A stretch of DNA of 64,000 nucleotides from the NCBI RefSeq assembly GCF_009914755.1, contig NC_060947.1, one strand, 5' to 3'. The stretch's first letter is position 1, and each line of letters starts with the position of its first letter. Below the pieces are notes generated by a model. That model was not told the DNA's origin. It made no database searches and saw only the letters and a program-made list of their open reading frames with translations. The DNA comes from the human T2T-CHM13v2.0 reference genome, Homo sapiens. Below, piece after piece: positions 1-12,659 of this stretch. Both the position numbers and the translations under genes were made by a program.

Positions 1-155
1 GGGCAGCAACAAATAATTACAGGTTGTGATTGGTGCCGTAAGAGATATAAATAGCATGCTATAATGAGGAATGACAGGTTACCTAATATAGATGGGGTTG
101 TCAGGAAAGGTCTCTCTGAGGGAGGTGACATTTAAGCTAAAACCTGAAGGATCAG
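1..155 (-). mobile_element. LINE L2 fragment
   Basis: gtcaggaaaggtctctctgagggaggtgacatttaagctaaaacctgaagg matches the antisense L2 3' region. Confidence 0.8.
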
Positions 156-399
156 AAAATATAGGTCAATGTTTGTAAAGTATCTGTCATGGGAAAAACC
201 GTTCAAAGCCTTTTTGATTTCTGCTTTTCTTTTTTTAACACATGCCTAGACAGTCTTCCCCCATGAACAGTATTTTATAAACACTGACTTCTATTATCAT
301 ATAGTATGATTTTATTGTTTGCCTTTAAATATTTTGTCCATCTGTGATATTTGGATAAGATGTTGTATAGAGATCTGAGGCAGAGATAATAGTGATCAA

Positions 400-745
400 T
401 CATCAAACACTTCAACTACTCTCCTTCATTTCCCAGACAGCTTATTGCTAGGAAAGACTATAAAACTAGTTCTGGTAGGATGTGGGAAAGAATAAAAAAA
501 TTAACTTATGATACCACAGCCATCTTTTCCTTTTTTGCGATTTCTAAAGAGGCCACATGCTTCAGAGACTGCAACTATAAGATATTGCTACTTCTGTCGT
601 CATGGATCCCTGAGCAATTATCTGAAGCAGAGATCCCACTGCCAATCATTAATGGACATGTAGTTTAACTGTGAGACTAAGTTTTGGTTTTGATAAGCCA
701 CTGAAATTTCATGGGTGATTTGTTACTGCAGCATAATATAGCCTA
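400..745 (+). mobile_element. Old MaLR LTR (MLT1I/J/K-like)
   Basis: 3' signature taagccactgaaatttcatgggtgatttgttactgcagcataatatagccta. Confidence 0.7.
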
Positions 746-932
746 GTGGTTCTCGAACTTTAGCACGCAGCGGAATCACTTGGAAAGTTTATTAAAACAC
801 AAATTGCAGGGTCTCACCACCCGAAGTTTCTGATTCAGTGGGTTCTGGAGTGGTGCCTGAAAACTTTCATTGCTAAAATTTCCCACATGATACGGACACT
901 CTTGTCCAGAAGATACACCTAGAAAACCACCA
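745..932. mobile_element. MER5A hAT-Charlie MITE
   Basis: agtggttctcgaactttagcacgcagcggaatcacttgga...gtttctgattcagtgggt...gaaaaccac; ~190 bp with TIR-like ends. Confidence 0.85.
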
Positions 933-1169
933 CTCGACCTCACCTACAGAAGAGCTAATTTGATTTTAGTTTTTCCAAATAGCAATTTGCTCTGAAAATA
1001 TTCCTTCATTTTGATATTGCTTTTAAAGTATCCCCTTATTATAAACTAACTTATGCATTTGGGCCAATTACTAGCACTCCAGTGACTTTCCCACAATGAC
1101 CTGGTTGCCTAATCAGGCACTAGAATCACACTTTAAATTTTTATAACTACATAATTTAATATTTGTTAG

Positions 1170-1430
1170 AATAAGTCTCCTCTTGTTGCTCTTATTCCAA
1201 AATGCCCATCTATCCTTGCAAGTTTTTTTTTAATTTTTTGGCCTTTCTGATAAATTTTAGAATCATTTTTCTAAGAAATAAATGAAAAGAAAATCCCACT
1301 GAAATTTTTACTGGGTTTATGTTAAATTTAAATATTAATTTTGAAAGAATTTTATTTAAGTTATTCATGTCAAGAATATGAAAATTCTCTCTATTCAAAT
1401 CTGCTTATACGTACCTTAGTAAATTTTATT
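1170..1430 (-). mobile_element. Old L1M ORF2 fragment
   Basis: taaattttagaatca...gaaatttttactgggtttatgttaaatttaaatattaattttg is typical antisense L1M ORF2. Confidence 0.6.
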
Positions 1431-2132
1431 ATCTCTTGCCTGGACTGTTGCAATAATCTTCTATAATTTTCCTACGAATTACAATATGACATAACAACAC
1501 TCCCAGATCAAATTGCCAAAAGCAGGATTCCGAACATGAAATTCTATTATTTGAACTTTTTTATGCTATTGCATTGCTAAGAAAATAAGGTAAAACCCCT
1601 TAGCCCATGCTTTAGTCTTTAGCTAAAATCTCATGATTGAGGAAAATCTAATGCAATTGGCAGTCAATATATCTAACAGCAAAGGAGAGATTTTAAAACT
1701 TCTGAAGTTCAAAGCTGGGTGGGAGGCAATACATTCTAAATTTAATATACAACTTATCACACATGATAAATAAGTTTGTTCAGGTAAAAAGGACTACCCT
1801 TCCAAATTAGTCAGAACATATTGAGACTTCAGATTCTAGGGGTGTTCTCTATTCTGTTTCATTTTCATCTTGCAAGCCTGTGTAAAGAGGTCAACTGTTG
1901 AATTAAGCCAGCTTAAAATTACTTTAAAATGAGTAAAGATATTGAAGGGTTAACTGGAAAATCAGTATTTTCTTCTTTTAGTTTAGATTCACTTATTATT
2001 AGGTAACACAGAGGGAAAACTAATGCATTTCCTAATTATATTGAATAATGGAGCATACGAATCACTAAGCAATGAAATCCCAGGCAATTGTGAGATGGCT
2101 TGTTTGTGAGGACTCCTGTAAAATTTAGTGCC

Positions 2133-2575
2133 TATATTATTTAGGGTAATATTAATAGCTATAACCAAGAAACTCTGAAAGTTCCAATGGCTTAACAAAA
2201 TAGAAGTTAATTTCTCATTAATGTTAATAGTCAAATGCAGTTTTTTCCTGGTCAGCATGTAGCTTTCTCTCACGTGGTGATTCAGGAACCTAGTTTCCTT
2301 TGTAAGGCCTTGAAATCCTTTGCATCCGGCTGGCAGACAGAGGAACTAAGCAGCGAAAGCACACCAACTTTATCAAGATAAATTATTGCCAAGGTGACAT
2401 GCATCATTTCTGCCCACATTTTATTAGTGAAAACTAGTCACATGGTCACAATAGAATGCAAAGGTTACTATAGGGAGATGTCACCATTGGCTGGACAGCT
2501 ATCTTTAGGTGACAACTCCACACTATGGAAATGGAGGAGCATAAGTGTTTGCTGAATGGTAAGTCATCTCTGTCA
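2133..2575 (-). mobile_element. MaLR LTR (MLT1J/K-like)
   Basis: aatggcttaacaaaatagaagttaatttctca...catcatttctgcccacattttattagtgaaaactagtcacatggtcaca. Confidence 0.75.
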
Positions 2576-3354
2576 GTGTCTTTAACCATGCTTCTAAAGT
2601 GATTAAAGGTCTGGATGGAGTGGGATATTATAATTAACATTTTATTTTTTTCTTTACCACCTTCTAGCCATGACATACTATAATATTCATCATCTGAAAT
2701 TCATACTTTGACATTCGACCATCCTGTTTCATGCATGAATTGTTTCATGTGCAGATTTTTTGTCTCTCCAAACAGATTATACATTCATCAGGGACATATA
2801 ATATGTAGCACAGAATAGATGCTAAATATTACTAAATTCAATTGGATGCTATCGCACTTCTACAAACTCCGTAAGAGCTTCTTATAATCCTCCACATCAA
2901 AATTAAGCTCCTTAGCCTATGCTGTTATTCTTCCAACTACCTAGTCATCTGCATCGCTTCTCGTACTGTCTAAATCAATCTAATTTTCCAAAAATCATTA
3001 AAAATATAAAAGCTTTTTGATGGCAGAGAATTAAGGCAAGCAAACCTCTCCTTACTCTTTAATTCAAGGTAGAGATTATAAATTATACTAAATTTATGTG
3101 CAATAGGTGCATACAGATATAGATAATTCATGGCTGAAAATAAGACTAGATGTCTTGAGAATAATTGAATAAGGAGTAAGAATGTAGAGAATGGTCTTCA
3201 TTGATTCCTAAATATTCATCTTAAAAATAGATATGATGGCATTTCTTGTGTATGCCTTAGCCCCTCACATTGTAAACCACCAAAAATGTGGATAATGACT
3301 ATAAAATTTGTTGATTCCCAGCCCCAATCCAGAAAATTTTTTTTCATCCACTCC

Positions 3355-3486
3355 AGAACTATGACATGTCCTGATTTTCCCAGAAAGTCTTAGTTTATGT
3401 CTGTAGTAGTAGAATAATTATTAACATGCTCCTTTTCACTCTTAAAAAGTGCCCATCTTTAGACAATAAATAATATGATCATCCTA
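3355..3486. mobile_element. MER94-like hAT-Blackjack MITE
   Basis: taattattaacatgctccttttcactcttaaaaagtgcccatctttagacaataaataatatgatcatccta resembles the MER94 terminus. Confidence 0.7.
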
Positions 3487-4354
3487 TCCAAATGCCTCAA
3501 GTCTTCTTCCTATTCTGAGTGATGGGTAGATGATACTGCCTTGATGATTCCTGAATTTTTTTGCTGTTGTTGCTGTTATTCCACACTGCTGCTCTGATAG
3601 ATGACTTATTATGAGGCTATGTTGTCTGCCACTGCCAAAATGACTAACAAAATGTGAGCAGTCCTATTGCTGATTGCACCCTCGTCATATGAAGGCTACC
3701 GCTCCAGTCACTGACTACTCTGCCTCCACTTTCAGTGTCACTCACTCCATTCTCCATTACAATGAAACTTGAAGTTGGGAAAGGGTAACTTTCCAACTAG
3801 TAAGTACAATTAGGCACCCTAAAATAACTTACCCCTGTGAGTTCTGTACTCTTGAACAGTTTGTGTCAAAGATTATTTGGATGGATCACTTGTTGACACA
3901 TACAAAAAAAGCCTCTCCCTCCCATCTATAGGCCCATCACAATTGATTATATGTTTTTGATCAGTACTCCTAGAAATTGAGGGTGGTGTTTTCTCCTCAT
4001 TTTGTCAGAACTGTAAATTCTAATGTTCTGAAGGACACAACTTCTAGTCCTCAAAAATTGCTCCAACATTTCCCTCAAGAGGCAGGAGATACACCTTCAA
4101 ATAGTATCCCCTGATTGTCTCTTTAGATATCCCACTGTCTATAGAATAGGTATGCAGATTAGATCCCCATCCTGAAAGAGTTTTTTTCAATGATGCCATA
4201 ATATTACATTAAAACAGTTTTTATTTTTTAATTAGATTATTTTTAATATTACAGTATCTCTTTACTTCTCAATATGCTCTTTCCCTTGTTCTGCTGTTAT
4301 TTTAGTTGCTGTTTTTGTTGTTGTTGTTTTGTTTTATTTTGTTTTGGTATTTTT

Positions 4355-5601
4355 TGTAGTATGATGTTAAAATAAAAATATTTGTTTGAGTTTTGGCTGA
4401 AGCCCTAAAATATCAGATGACACATCCCAACAGGTGGAAACCCATCATGTAGAATTGACAAAGGTGGTTGAATACTTCTATGAAGATATTAGGATATCTC
4501 ATTTTCAGCCTACTAAAAAGGTAGGAGAGTTTGATAAAAAAAAAATTGGTGTTTAGGAGGGGATTTTAGGAAAGAGCTGTTGGTATGCTCTGAGTACCAC
4601 TTTCTCAAAGGGTGAATAGTGTGGGATGCTTGCCCCTTATCACAAGTTGAAGAGTCTTCAACAGAATCATATGAAGAGTTTAAAATACGTCTCTGGTAAC
4701 TTGATAGATAGTGGATTGATGCATGGCTTACAGCATTTGGATAATCTAATGGCAATGCTTGTTGGCAAGTTGTTTTGAAAGCAGAGAAAAGGGAAGTTGC
4801 TGTATTTGAGGAACGTCTGCACTCCTAAAGTTTGTTGGGACAAAGGATACATGAGTATATCCTGTAGATCATATGACATCCACAAAAGAAAAAGCCAGCA
4901 TGGAGTTCCTTAGAACTTTGCCCAGATAAGCCAAGAGACTTCCAATTAAGGAATAAATAGCCAGATTCCTACAGGATGAAAAAGAAACTGCAAATAAAAA
5001 GCCACAAGAGATGCATTGATAAGCATCAGGAGAATTGCAAGTGATGTATTTTCAGCGATCACATGGTTTCTGAAAGCAAATATTGCATTTCATGAAACAA
5101 TCAAGCTTAAATCCCTACCAAACCCGGGGAGTGTTTTTGCCTTCTCCTGACAGTATAATAAAGTACTTCCTTTCCTGCCCTCCTTTTGTTCCTCTCCTTC
5201 TGCATTTCTAGTACCATGAGGAAGTCACACACACACATACACACACACACACATGCTTAACATAATAGAAGAGGAGGAAGAAAATGCAAGGTAGAGAAAA
5301 CATGTCCTCTTTCCTGTACAAACTAGTGAGCCTGCAATAGGCCTGAGCTGGGAAAAGAGAAAAGTTTTGAATAAAATCTATAGTTTTGATTATTATACTA
5401 TTTTAGATATATTGATTACTAAAATGAGACTCTTATTACTTGAAAAGAACCATAAAAGCTATTGAACTTTCCTTGAGTTTGCCCAGGGGCAAGGGAAGAA
5501 GTCATCTCACAGAATAAGTTTAAAGGACTCATAGAAAATGAAAACGTAGCTGCTTTCTGATTATATCCCACAAGTCATGTTTGATATATGCACCAGTTAC
5601 A
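4355..5601 (+). mobile_element. Ancient solo LTR, LTR78-like, apparently full length (~1.25 kb)
   Basis: Starts TGTAGT...ttttggctgaagccct and ends cccacaagtcatgtttgatatatgcaccagttaCA; TG...CA termini; short (CA)n inside at ~5227-5252. Confidence 0.6.
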
Positions 5602-5774
5602 TGGCAATCATCTTCAAATTGACTATTTTTCCTCTTACTTATTCTTGAATAGAAAGATATCTAGCAAGATCTAAAATTCTGTAACAGATAGCATATGTAG
5701 ATTTCTCTTGACTTTGTTCTTTATCCATTTGTCTGTTGGACAAATATCTTTCTCAACTCTTTTAAAATAAGTGT

Positions 5775-5990
5775 TAGAAATTAATAGTTAAAGAATGACA
5801 TTAAAATAAGGAACACTAGGGTTCATACCCTGGCTTTACCACTTTCTGCGTGACTTTGGGAAGCTATTTGCATTTTCTCATCTGTAAAACTAGGTTGATA
5901 TTACTTAGCTTACAAGATTGTGAGGATGATGTAAATTGGTGCATATAGCAAGATGCATGGCATGCAGATAGTATTATTTACTAAACATGA
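5775..5990 (+). mobile_element. MIR SINE
   Basis: Core tgtgactttgggaag-like...ttttctcatctgtaaaac...ttgtgaggat. Confidence 0.75.
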
Positions 5991-6199
5991 GGTCTTGTGC
6001 ATAGTTACTAGCCCAATAGCCCAATTCTAAGTATCTAATGGGTTTTTACTTTTTATTTGTTGTGTTAAATAGACTGAAAGAAGATCTTTTATTGTCCTCA
6101 CAAAACCATACTCTAAGATTCTTATTATACGGAGATGGTTTCTAATATCACTACACAAGCATACATTGCTTAAAGACACCCTACTCTGTCCATCCATGC

Positions 6200-6580
6200 T
6201 ACATTAGTTAAACAATATTAGCTTCTGTAACAAATCTAAAATCTCAATGGCTCATGACAGTATTTCTTGCTGAAACAAGTCTTTAGTGAGTATTCAGTGG
6301 GTTAACTTCCAGTCTGCTCTCATCTGATGGCTCTGCCATATAGGGCCTTGGAGTCCTTCTTCACCTTCAGCTGGAAAATGGAAAAGGCGCCATAGTAAAG
6401 AATGCCTGCTTCCTAACCACTTCTACCTGGAAGCAACACATAACACTTTTGTTCACCTTCTTTTGGCGAGGAACATGGCCATATATAGATGCAAGAAGGA
6501 CAAAGAGCATAGTTTCTGGAGGGACAGCTGTTTCCCTCAAACAATTCTATTCTATGGAAAGAGTATGAGTCTCTGCCACG
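6200..6580 (-). mobile_element. MaLR LTR (MLT1J/K-like)
   Basis: tagcttctgtaacaaatctaaaatctcaatggctca...ggaagcaacacataacacttttgttcac...tctctgccac; similar to 2133-2575. Confidence 0.7.
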
Positions 6581-7104
6581 GTGGCCCACAGTACTTAAAG
6601 AAACTATGGACCCCCAAATTAGTGTATTACTGTTAGTTCTTCCCTACATCATGACTGAATCATTGTGGGAGTTGTAGCTTCTAACTATATATAGAAAGTG
6701 AAATACTGATAGAAGTGAAAGAATATGGTGGGAAGGCTGAAAAAGCAGGGCCTATGCAGTAGAAATATTTCCACCCAGTTTTATAGTACAAATTTGCAAC
6801 TCAGAACCAAAGAATAGATGGAAAAAAGTACATCTAATTTTTTTTTATATTAGCAGGTTTGTTCCACTCACAGGAGTCTAGCAGCATATGTTAGTTACCA
6901 GCTGTGTTTCTAGAGTCAGTTCCAATGGCCTATCAGTACACACTTTTCTCCATATTCTTGGAAACTGATTGATTAATGGTCCCAGTTTTATAAATGTTGT
7001 GAGTTTTTATTTTTATGTGTCTTCAAAAGTGTTTAGTGGGAAGTTGGGAGAGATTGCATCTGGTACAATTAGCCAGATACCAGTCATTTTCAATAAATTG
7101 CCTA

Positions 7105-7565
7105 TATTTTAAGGTATTTCATAATCCAGTCCCAACAGATCTATTCAACTTTATTTCCTGGTATTTACTATGCTCACTAGTCAGATATTTATTCTCACCA
7201 TCCTACATATAAGTCAAACTCATTGCCATAGATGAGGTTTCACTTCTATTGTCTTCCCATGACTTAAAATTTCATACTGTATCTTCCCTAGATACCCAAA
7301 TATTATTCATCCTTCAAACCCAAATCAACAATCATTTCTTCCATAAAATTATTTCTTATAACTCAATTCTCAATAAAATGTTTTCTTTGAAATACTATAG
7401 TAGCTATGGTCTATAGAGTTTAGCATTGTAATATGTGACGTCTGGCATATAGTATCTTAAGTTTTCTTTGTTTCTTCTCTGTGTTATTGTTCTGTACCTA
7501 ACAAGTTTATATATTATTTGAAGGCAAGAAGTATGCTTTATCTTTCTGTATACTTCCATGGCATC
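7105..7565 (+). mobile_element. LINE L2 fragment
   Basis: tattcatccttcaaacccaaatcaacaatcatttcttcca...ttgaaggcaagaagtatgctttatctttctgta. Confidence 0.6.
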
Positions 7566-7572
7566 AAAAATA

Positions 7573-7835
7573 CAGTTGACCTTTGAACAACACAGGTTTG
7601 AATTGGGCAGGTCCACTTATATGCAGATTTTTTTCAAACAAAGGCAGATTGAAAATACAATATTTAAGACATGTGAAACCTGCCTATATGGAGGGCTAAA
7701 TTTTTGTATATGTAAGTTCTGCAGGGCCAACTTCAGGATTTAAATAGGAACAGATTTTGGTATATGGGGAACAATGGGGGTTGGAGAGGTGAGGGGTGGG
7801 GAGGTTTGGGAGGTGAGGGGCCCTGGAACCAATGA
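7573..7835. mobile_element. MER8 (Tigger2-derived MITE) with G-rich insertion
   Basis: TA|cagttgacctttgaacaacacaggtttgaattgggcaggtccacttatatgcagattttttt...cctggaaccaat. Confidence 0.85.
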
Positions 7836-7984
7836 AACATACCACTGCAGTACTTACTGATAAACAAATGGACTTTGCCTTCCAAAAATAAGTTTAAACA
7901 TACAGATTTCTATCTCTATATAAAATGGATAATTCAGATGTGCCATGGAATTTTTTTGCATATTTAGAGAGGCTTAGGGAAATG

Positions 7985-8628
7985 TGTTTTTAAAATTTTT
8001 ATTGTAGTAAAATATACATAACAAAAAATGTACCATTTTACCATTTTTAAGTGCACAGTTTAGTAGCATTAATTACATTCACATTGTTTCGCAATGGTCA
8101 CCACCATCTATCCCAGAACTATTTCATCATCCCACATTGAAACTCTGTACCCATTAAACAATAAATCCCTCCTTCCTCACTTTTTCCTAGCCTCTGGCAA
8201 CCACCATTGAGTTTCTGTATCTATGACTTTGATTATGCTGGATACTTTATGTAAGTGAAATCATACAATATTTACCCTGTGTGTCTGGTTTATTTCACTT
8301 AGCATGATGTTTTCAAGGTTTGTTTACATTGTAGCATGTGTCAAAATTTTATTCATTGTTTAAGGCTGAATAATATTCCATTCTATGTATATACCATTTG
8401 TTTACTCATTCATCCATCCATGGATATTTGGGTTGTTTCCAACTTTGGGCTGCTGTGAAGAATGTTGCCATAAATACTCAAGTACAAGTATCTGTCCAAG
8501 TCTCTGATTTCAATTCTTTTGACTATATATCCATGGAAAGAAATGCTAGATTATATTGTAATTCTGTTTAATTTTTGAGGAATCACCATGCTGCTTTTTA
8601 CAGAAGCTGTGCCATTTTACATTCTAAT
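7985..8628 (-). mobile_element. L1MB-type 3' end
   Basis: aaaatatacataacaaaaaatgtaccattttaccatttttaagtgcacagtt...ctctggcaaccaccatt...ccattttacattct. Confidence 0.9.
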
Positions 8629-9002
8629 GGGAAACATGTTTTTAAGTCCTGTTTACAAGTTAAAAATTCTGCAGTTTGGTAGAGGCTAGTAGGGTTTCCC
8701 AGGTATGCAGAATAAATAGAAATGGATCAAAGACGAAGCAAGCTATATTGGAAATTATATTTTCTTACATTTTCTCACCAAACTCAGTATACACATCATA
8801 TTTTTTTACCCCGATGACCACCTCATTTCCTACAAAGTCTATTAGTTAGGTAGATGTCATTCTACTTCCTGGAAAAGTGGAACCAACAAGTGATATGTGA
8901 TTATAGATGAGTGCCACAGCCCCTACAAACAGGGAAAACACTTGAAAAAAGTGTAACTTTATTTAGGGGCTTCATTCTCCCTTAGGATGCAACTCACATT
9001 TA

Positions 9003-9027
9003 TACATACACACACACACACACACAC
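9003..9027. repeat. (CA)n microsatellite
   Basis: Directly visible. Confidence 0.9.
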
Positions 9028-9218
9028 GGAAAAAAAATCATGGTATTCAATACAATTATACTGTTTCTTTATTGCCTACCTTCAACCCCCTCCAAAGAAG
9101 GGATCCATTCAACCTTGTCCATAATGCAATATGCCAAAAATTTCTTTGCTATCCTTCAACTCATATCAAATGTTGGCTATGTTATTACTCAGGAATACAG
9201 CAAGGTAGCTGGAGTTAT

Positions 9219-9492
9219 TTTTATTTTATTTTTTGGGACAGAGTTTTCCTCTTGTTGCCCAGGTTGGAGTGCAATGGCACAATCACTGCAACCTCCACCT
9301 CCTGGGTTCAAGCAATTCTCCTGCCTCAGCCTCCCGAGTAGCTGGGATTACAGGCGCCAGTCACCACACCTGGTTAGTTTTTGTATTTTTTAGTAGAGAT
9401 GGGGTTTTACCATGTTGGCCAGGCTGATCTCGAACTCCTGACCTCAAGTGATGTGCCCACCTCGGCCTCTCAAAGTGCTGGGATTACAGGCC
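9219..9492 (-). mobile_element. AluS (Sq/Sp-like) with two small deletions
   Basis: Antisense Alu; TSD ctggagttat at 9209-9218 and 9493-9502; cttgttgccc and gcaatggc variants. Confidence 0.95.
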
Positions 9493-11004
9493 CTGGAGTT
9501 ATCTTAACTCCCCAGTTATGTTCCTTGAAAACTGAGACTGCCTTTTGTTTCTAAATTTGTCTTTTTCTTCTGCAACAAATAATGTACATTTTCACATAGA
9601 AGGTGTTCCAACATTACATTAATTAGTAAAACAAGAAGAAAGTTGATGTCTTCTAATAGCTTACCCTACCCATATAAGGTATGCATTTGAAAAACTTCAA
9701 CTCTAAGCCAAAGAAATTGAAAAAAAAAATACATCTGATACCTTGACTAAGGAAGCTGTTTGAAGCAGAGGAACTTTCAATGTTTCTTAAATCACATCTA
9801 GCAAGCTGTTGACTTTACACCGGGTGGGTGAGTACTGCCCACAGTAAGTAGTGATGAAAGTGGAGTCAAGACACTGAAGCACCATATTTCTGTCTAATTG
9901 AGAATCAGGTTAAGTTAGACAGGAGGGACGAAGAGTGGATGAAGGAGGCCTTCAAAATACAAAATGAATCACTCTGGATTTTTTTCTTATGTTTTGCAAA
10001 ATGTCTGCAAGATACAAGGAAGAATATTTAGACTGGTAATGAAAGAAAGCAAAGTAGGCATGAAAATAAATACTTTGCTACTCACCATCTCAGCAATTCC
10101 TGCTCTACTTAAATCACCCCCAGTCACTTTCTGTTGCTTGCATCTTAGAATTCTGACTGACAACCCTGCCTACCTCTCTTTGGAAGAAGGTAACCCAGCT
10201 CCATGTCAATTACAGTTTCTTATGTAATCACTCACTAGATAAATTTTCATTTTGGCAAGCATGAGGCTGTGTTTAACAGCCAGTAATGTAGGTAAAATGA
10301 ATCATTTAAGTAATAACAACATAGCCACTGACACTTGTCTGCCTCTCTAAGTAGATTACTAAGAGGCAATTAATTTAAAAGACTGAAATTTTATTTATTT
10401 CACAATCAGATGAAAACACCATGGGTCTAATGCCAAGGAATATTCTTGGATTTGACATTTCAGTTCTCTATATTTAACCAACTAGAATTTTCCCCACTGT
10501 TACTCATAAAACCTTTTTTAAAGAAGTATTTCCCTGAGAAATATGCATTTCTTCATAAAAATACAATATAGTTTGGTAATTCTCAAGATGAACATGATCT
10601 TTTTGATACAATGTACCTCTTAAACACCAGGTTTACATGAAAAAATTTACATTAAGCATGACAGAATGGAAACATACATGAAAACTGAGAAGATGAAAGA
10701 CACAATTCTTAATTCAAGTGAATCAGATGCCATATGACAAAATTCCTAGAAGTGATACCGCAGTCCTGTCTCCTTTCCCCCAATTTCACAATCAAGAGGC
10801 CACAAAAACAGAATAGGCCCAGAACAAAAAATTATATTTATAAAAAATAACATTTTTAGCTTTGATAACAAATGAAAGTTCGGTTTTCAAGGGCCAAAGC
10901 AGCTTGTTTACTCAAAGAAAACAACCCAGACTTATGAAGAACATGTGTCTTGAATTCTCCAGGACTTTTCTTATTTGATGTAATCTAAGGAAGAAATTTT
11001 ATTT

Positions 11005-11240
11005 AATAAAAATGGCCAGGTTTTGCAGCCAGACATATCTGGGTTTAAATTCTGATTCTACTACAAATTAGCCACATAAACTTGGATAAGTTACAAGACC
11101 TCTAGAAGGCTCAATTTCTTTATCTGTAAAATGAATATAATAATACTTTTCATACAGTTTGTTGTGAGGATTAAATTATGTAATGTTAGGAAAGTAGTTG
11201 TCATAGAGTAGGCATCCAATAAATAACCAGTATTATAATT
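11005..11240 (+). mobile_element. MIR SINE
   Basis: ctgggtttaaattctgattctact...ctcaatttctttatctgtaaaatg...gttgtgaggattaaat. Confidence 0.85.
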
Positions 11241-12659
11241 TTTGCTAAGCTATGTTCCTCTTTTTCTTGAGTCAGAAGCATGATACTAATACAGGAAATA
11301 TCTCTAATTTATTCTCAGTTTGTTAAAGTATTTTGTATAACTCAAAGAGTAAACTATAGATGGAAGAAGTGCTCTTTGAATTTACATTTATAGCACAACA
11401 GTGAACTGCTGTGGACAGTATCAGTAGGTTATTTACAATGGTTGTTACTGATGATGTTAAAGACACTGGCAAGACTCCAAAATCACTGATATTGGTTTAA
11501 TAAAACTAAGATATATCATAAAAAAACTAAGAGAAAGTTTGATATTGATGAGAAACAATGTGAAGTGCTGGGAAAAATGTGTTTCAGAGTCTTGCAGATG
11601 TTCTTAGGTCAAATATGATTTCTCTGGAAATACGTAGGATTATTTTCAATTGTTTTAGAAGGCATAAAACCCAGAGTAAAAGAGCAGTGGGATTTTTTTC
11701 CTGTTTTGTTTTTAGGAATAAACAATAAAATCTCATCTCATCTAATGTGTGTATGTGATAATTTTCATAAGTTTTTAATTCTGCAGATGCAATGGGAATT
11801 ATTTTGATATTGGTGCTGTTAAAATTCCTGATTGCCTTTTTCAAACTCCAAAACCTGTCAATAATTGGTATGTCTGCTATGGAGAACTCCTACACAATCA
11901 CCTTCACTGGAAAAACAAGTTGATTTTCTATTGAGACTACCGCTCATTTTGAACATGTTTAGATTCCTTTCTTTGCTTTGAAGGAATCTAGCTATGTAGA
12001 CTCAAAGAATGGTTTAAAAAAGTAGGCACAATATTACATGTGGAGTCAATAAAGCTATAAGAAGCCCCAAGCATTCACTTTTTCTTAAATAAATTGAAGT
12101 ATACATACTAAGGATATTAGTGTTCCTCAACAAAGTTTCTTTATTGTATCACATCCGTAAATGAAAAAGTGGTTGCTGAAAATATAATCAGTGAGATATT
12201 TGCTTTAAAAAGTCAAAATAAATGTCCAGAATATTATAATGGGAACAGAGTTAAAATCCTCAGAAGGTGATTTCAAAACATTTGCATTTTATTGCAGAGT
12301 AGCCACCTACGTCTGTATGGTCCCATTCCACTGTCATCCTGATCCAGCTTTGAGAAACCTTTGTAACACAATTAACAAACTGGAAACCATCGTAAAAAAT
12401 TCAGAATGTCAAAGAGGAATTGGGAAAATTTCCCCTGAAATGGAACAGACTGATACATCTTCTGCCGTCAACAATAAAAGAAAGTGATTCAAAAGGTGGA
12501 GAACATTTAGTGGTATGAAAGAACCAGAAATGAAAACTAGTCAGAAATTGCTTTCATCTAACCTATCACTGCACTAGTAAACATCTTACGCCTTTAGAGA
12601 GATAAAGTGGGCCACATGACAATGCTTATTGGATCTACAAACTGATAGCCATAATGGGA

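Noticed and set aside
9040-9427. ORFs with [11 protein letters not shown] / VAQAGVQW peptides (also 13743-14228, 27821-28057, 49756-49938, 58638-58820)
   Set aside because: Standard antisense-Alu translations, not genes.
12239-12487. 82-aa ORF containing an acceptor-like ttttattgcag
   Set aside because: No recognisable homology and no convincing downstream donor; length is within chance expectation.
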